Positions 59,966 through 64,000 of a stretch of DNA of 64,000 bases are shown in pieces (within the stretch, counting starts at the first letter, position 1; every line of letters starts with the position of its first letter). The stretch lies in contig CM000154.2 in assembly GCA_000004695.1 (NCBI GenBank), positions 3,200,001 through 3,264,000 of the forward strand. The letters run 5' to 3'. Below the pieces are notes generated by a model. That model saw only the letters and a program-made list of their open reading frames with translations. It ran no database searches and was not told the DNA's origin. The DNA is from Dictyostelium discoideum (taxonomy: Eukaryota). A program made the position numbers and the translations under genes.

Positions 59966-61174
59966 ATGGCTGATGATCACTCAACTGAATTACAGTTAAA
60001 TCATACAGATAACAACACAACCAATACAAATAACACCTCCACAACCTCAACAACAAAAAACAAAAGTGCAAAAATCGACACACCTAAAAAACAAACCCCA
60101 ACAAACCAACTCTCACTAAACAAAGGACTTGATAATCAATTAGATATCATTGCACCTCCATCAATCACAAGACCACTCTCTTTCTTAGAAAAAAACAATA
60201 ACACCATCAACATTAAGTGTTACTTTAATCAACCACACATCCGTGAAGAATTAACCTCAAAAGATGACACAAGAATTCAACAAATTCACAAAAACATTCA
60301 CAAACTCTTCGAAGTTATACTGTCGCCATCAGCATTCAAAATAATTGGTGCAACTGCCTTCGTAAATTGCAACGTTGATAAATTAACTTCAATAATCAAC
60401 CTTCAAAACCAACTTGCACTAAATATCGACAAACTCAACTATAGATTCGATATATCATCAAATGATTATGCAATCATTAAAACATTCATTAAAACGTACT
60501 CACCCAAACATGCAAACGATGCAATTACAAACAACCTCACTAAATTCACCAGTTGTACATCAATTGAATCATTTACTGTCACATACTCATATGCTGTTGC
60601 GTTTAAAAGCTACATTATAACATACCATCTAATTGATCACACACACAACATTGTTGATCAAAAGATCGAACAACCATCTGGTATCACAAGATATATCAAA
60701 GCTGCAACACGTAGTGTCACTAAACACAAAATTCAACATGCAAAAAATGCAGATATGGCAACAACTATAAAAAATGCTATCACAAACCCAAACATGAACA
60801 AAAACAATCAACCACCAAAAAACAACATTAACACCCCACCAATCAACGAAATTGCAAATTCCAATCGCAATAAAAACTCACTTCAAAATAGTGGTTCAAA
60901 AGCTATACTAAATGAATCACTTGATATTAACAATCAATCCCAAAACAATAATGAAATTTCACACAAAAGTGATTCTTCAAATAATAATAACGGGAAAAAC
61001 TCATTATCAATGAGCAATCCAACCGATCCAACAATTGTACCACAAAAACCTCTACAATCTCAACCAAACAAACCAAGTGCACCAACTCCAAATCCAATAA
61101 ATACAAGAAGAAGCAGCAATGCCCTGACTACACAACCAGTCAATACTGGTGCTGCCAAACCTAGTAAGGTATGA
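59966..61174 (+). CDS. Retrotransposon ORF1 (402 aa; Thr/Asn/Pro-rich nucleic-acid-binding-type protein)
   Basis: ORF listed in the track. Its stop TGA overlaps the ORF2 start in an ATGA arrangement. Confidence 0.65.
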   Translation: MADDHSTELQLNHTDNNTTNTNNTSTTSTTKNKSAKIDTPKKQTPTNQLSLNKGLDNQLDIIAPPSITRPLSFLEKNNNTINIKCYFNQPHIREELTSKDDTRIQQIHKNIHKLFEVILSPSAFKIIGATAFVNCNVDKLTSIINLQNQLALNIDKLNYRFDISSNDYAIIKTFIKTYSPKHANDAITNNLTKFTSCTSIESFTVTYSYAVAFKSYIITYHLIDHTHNIVDQKIEQPSGITRYIKAATRSVTKHKIQHAKNADMATTIKNAITNPNMNKNNQPPKNNINTPPINEIANSNRNKNSLQNSGSKAILNESLDINNQSQNNNEISHKSDSSNNNNGKNSLSMSNPTDPTIVPQKPLQSQPNKPSAPTPNPINTRRSSNALTTQPVNTGAAKPSKV

Positions 61175-64000
61175 GCTCAAAAATCAACTTTATAACATGG
61201 AATTGTAGAGGATTCACTGAAAACGCAAACAATCAACACAATTCCTACCAAAAAGCTGTTGACACACTACAACTACTTATATCAAAACTTCCACCTCGTC
61301 CAACAATCTCAATACTCACTGAACTCAATTCATCACCATTACAACTTAAACATGATTTTCCCGATCACATCATCTCTGTCACCAAAAGAGGAAATGGTGT
61401 AATAATCATTAACCATAACCCAAACACACTCAAACTCAAACACATATCAACAATTGATGGTAGAGCTATTTTAGCAGACGTTATATTTCCAAATCAATTA
61501 CCAATTGGTATTCTTGGAATTTACGCACCAGCATCAAATAATACCATCAAAAAGAATTCATATGCAACTTCACTACAAACACTTCTCCACAACCACTCAA
61601 CAAACCCAATACCAAACCAATCCCAACATGTATCTATTATCGCAGGAGATTTCAACTGTATCCACAACGACAATTCACTATTAGATGATATTATCCAATC
61701 CTACACATACCAACACCATCTAATTGATCAAGGTGAATTTAAAAACACTCCAACTCATACACATGGTAACAGATTAGATAGAATATATACCCAATACAAT
61801 AGAATAGACCCTGAAAATATATATACACAAGTCCACCAAATTCCATCTTCATTATCAGATCATAATCCAATATCAACAACAATTTCTTCACCTTTTCAAA
61901 TAAATAAACATAAGAAAAGATGGATATTATCACCTGGTACTGCAAATGACCATGAAGCAATCAATATTATCAATCATTTAATAACTAATCACAATAACAC
62001 ATCAATCAATCAATTTACAAACTGGTCAAAAGTAAAATCAAAAATTATTAAAACTCTAAAAAACTATCAATATAACAAAGACAAACAAACTCAACGTGCA
62101 AAACAAATACTATTAGAAAAAGCAGGAAAATTCAAACATCTTGAAGAACAATGCATCGCTGAATACAATATTATATGTAACAAAAACAAATTACATCAAA
62201 ACCACACAAACATATTAAAAAAACATATAAATGGAGAAATACCTAGCAAGTATCTATCAGCAATACTAAACAAAAGATCAAAAGATGCAAAAATTGAATC
62301 AATCCAATATGGCAACATCATTACATCCGACCCCGACCAAATTGAAAATGCGTTTGTTGAATTCTACACAAATCTATATAGCTTACAAATATGTTGTCCA
62401 ATTACTCACCAGCTCATGCTAAACACATGGCCCATCATAAAAAATGAATATTGGAATGGTTTAGACTCACCATTTATACAAGATGAAGTTGAAGCTGCAA
62501 TTAAAACCTGTAACCCCAACAAATCACCCGGTCCAGATGGCGTTACAAATGCATTCTACATTAATCATTTAAACCAAGTTAAACCAATTCTCACTACATT
62601 ATTCAACGATATACTAGAAAATCCTCACCACATCACAACAGAATTCACCGAAGGTCTTATACACACAATTTACAAGAAAGGCAACCCCTTACTCATATCA
62701 AATCGTCGTCCCATTACACTTCTTAACACTGATTACAAGATCCTCTCAAAAGTAATCAATGCACGTCTTCTGAGAATACTTCCTTTCATCATCAACAACA
62801 ACCAAACTGGTTTCGTACCCCACAGATTCATCATAGACAACATCATCAACATCAATGAATTAATAAACTACCTCAAATCTAAAAACCTCCCTGGTATCAT
62901 CACACTATTTGACTTCTTTAAAGCATTTGATTCTATCTCTCACGATAGCATTAAAAGAACATTAATTCATATTGGAATACCAATAAAATTAATAAATTTA
63001 ATCCACAAGCTATTATCTGACTCACAAGCAAAAATTTCAATTAATGGTAAAACGACCAGAAAATTCGATATTAAAAGAGGTGTAAAACAAGGTGACCCAA
63101 TCTCAGCCACTTTATTTGTAATTGTAATTGAAATATTAGCAAGAACAATAAATGCAGACAATTCAATAATTGGATTACCAATTTCACCCAATCCACAAAT
63201 TAAAATCAAATTTACCCAATTTGCAGACGACTCTACAACATACAACATCAACTACGAACAACAACAACAATCAATAATCAAACATTTCGATAATTTCTGC
63301 GCTTCAACATCATCATCTTTAAATTTTGACAAAAGTGCAATTATAGAAATCAACCCCCACAAAATCACTGATAAACACTTAATAAACAACATTCCACAAT
63401 CAAAAAGAATTCCAATAACCAAAAAAGATCAATCAGAAAGAGTTCTTGACTATTTCTTTAATCATAATGGTTTACATAGGAAATTACCAGAAACAATGAA
63501 AACACTGATTAAATCATTAGTGCTATGGAAAACTATTGGTACAACATTAAAAACAAAAACAACCATCATAAACACCTACTCACTATCACCAATAACATAT
63601 TTATCATACCTTGAAGAATTTACAAAAGATGAAGAAATTCAAATTAATAAATTAATCTCATGGTTTATGAATTCTCCCGCAAATTCTGAATCACCAACTC
63701 TCAATACCAATTCCATTGAAAACAACACATCAACCATCCATTCACGTGCAAAAATACCTTTGATGTGTTATGATAGATCATTAAAACCATTAAAAGAAGG
63801 TGGTTGGGGTATGTGGAATATACAATTACGACAAGTTGCTCAAAAGATTTGGATATACAACAGATTTTTACAAATGCATAAATCTGCAAACAATTCAATA
63901 TACATGATAAGTTGGATGGATCAAATCATCAACAAATCAATCTCTTCTCCATACCTTATAAAAATAAAAAAAGAATGGGAAAACTATGCAACTCAAATTG
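61171..64000 (+). CDS. Retrotransposon ORF2 (APE-type endonuclease plus reverse transcriptase), 3' partial (over 940 codons with no stop before the window end)
   Basis: By hand translation, the frame starting at ATG 61171 reads MSSKINFITWNCRGF... with no stop I could find before the window end. It includes the SDHNPI endonuclease motif (about 61860), and PGPDG, FDFFKAFDSISH and QFADDSTTY (the FADD equivalent of YxDD) RT motifs (62530-63230). It is absent from the ORF track only because it has no stop inside the window. Confidence 0.75.
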   Translation, partial: MSSKINFITWNCRGFTENANNQHNSYQKAVDTLQLLISKLPPRPTISILTELNSSPLQLKHDFPDHIISVTKRGNGVIIINHNPNTLKLKHISTIDGRAILADVIFPNQLPIGILGIYAPASNNTIKKNSYATSLQTLLHNHSTNPIPNQSQHVSIIAGDFNCIHNDNSLLDDIIQSYTYQHHLIDQGEFKNTPTHTHGNRLDRIYTQYNRIDPENIYTQVHQIPSSLSDHNPISTTISSPFQINKHKKRWILSPGTANDHEAINIINHLITNHNNTSINQFTNWSKVKSKIIKTLKNYQYNKDKQTQRAKQILLEKAGKFKHLEEQCIAEYNIICNKNKLHQNHTNILKKHINGEIPSKYLSAILNKRSKDAKIESIQYGNIITSDPDQIENAFVEFYTNLYSLQICCPITHQLMLNTWPIIKNEYWNGLDSPFIQDEVEAAIKTCNPNKSPGPDGVTNAFYINHLNQVKPILTTLFNDILENPHHITTEFTEGLIHTIYKKGNPLLISNRRPITLLNTDYKILSKVINARLLRILPFIINNNQTGFVPHRFIIDNIININELINYLKSKNLPGIITLFDFFKAFDSISHDSIKRTLIHIGIPIKLINLIHKLLSDSQAKISINGKTTRKFDIKRGVKQGDPISATLFVIVIEILARTINADNSIIGLPISPNPQIKIKFTQFADDSTTYNINYEQQQQSIIKHFDNFCASTSSSLNFDKSAIIEINPHKITDKHLINNIPQSKRIPITKKDQSERVLDYFFNHNGLHRKLPETMKTLIKSLVLWKTIGTTLKTKTTIINTYSLSPITYLSYLEEFTKDEEIQINKLISWFMNSPANSESPTLNTNSIENNTSTIHSRAKIPLMCYDRSLKPLKEGGWGMWNIQLRQVAQKIWIYNRFLQMHKSANNSIYMISWMDQIINKSISSPYLIKIKKEWENYATQI

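Larger units (their letters stand above)
59810..64000 (+). mobile_element. TRE3-type tRNA-gene-targeted non-LTR (LINE-like) retrotransposon, inserted about 50-150 bp downstream of tRNA-Met in the same orientation. 5' boundary is approximate; the element continues past the window end.
   Basis: Abrupt composition shift to A/C-rich sequence. ORF1 then an overlapping ORF2 with APE endonuclease and reverse-transcriptase motifs. Position and orientation downstream of a tRNA gene and its ex-B box are characteristic of Dictyostelium TRE3 elements. Confidence 0.7.

Noticed and set aside
61739-63898. Minus-strand ORFs inside the retrotransposon (61739..61960, 62967..63251, 63701..63898)
   Set aside because: Antisense to the long uninterrupted ORF2 reading frame; no support.

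Overview
Eukaryotic, not prokaryotic: about 75-80% AT, coding exons embedded in AT-rich homopolymer and (AAT)n-rich spacers, short AT-rich GTAAGT...AG introns, and proteins full of poly-Asn/poly-Gln tracts. This is typical of a Dictyostelium discoideum-type social amoeba nuclear chromosome arm. No CRISPR array, operon or prokaryotic-style defence island is present. Note that the ORF track treats GTG/TTG as start codons and omits ORFs that run off the window edge, which hid the largest ORF in the window.

Content in order (strand in brackets):
- (+) The C-terminal ~1100 codons of a cellular RNAi-type RNA-dependent RNA polymerase (DLDGD catalytic motif), running in from upstream of the window.
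- (-) A glycoprotein-like gene tail with a frameshift.
- (-) Two tandem paralogous ~540-aa genes of unknown function.
- (-) tRNA-Val(AAC) with a downstream external B box.
- (-) An S28-family serine carboxypeptidase.
- A dispersed, partly tandem family of B-box zinc-finger / coiled-coil / FNIP-repeat genes: six copies, of which one looks intact and the others are truncated, frameshifted, nonsense-mutated or reduced to a fragment.
- (+) A 4-exon LisH/HEAT-repeat RELCH-like gene.
- (+) Two tandem paralogous cysteine-rich secreted proteins with GPI-signal-like tails.
- (-) A ~2000-aa coiled-coil protein with a C-terminal BRCT domain.
- (-) A formin (FH1 poly-Pro plus FH2).
- (-) tRNA-Glu(UUC) with an external B box.
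- (+) A BUD22/SRFBP1-like nucleolar-type protein.
- (-) A 3-exon MFS-type transporter.
- (-) A 3-exon BROX-like BRO1-domain protein.
- (+) Two low-complexity genes and a 4-exon TKL-type protein kinase.
- (+) A partial tandem duplicate (pseudo) tRNA-Met, an intact tRNA-Met(CAU) with a downstream external B box, and immediately downstream a TRE3-type non-LTR retrotransposon (ORF1 plus an APE-endonuclease/RT ORF2) that runs off the window end.

Splice-site coordinates were derived by hand and may be off by 1-2 nt.
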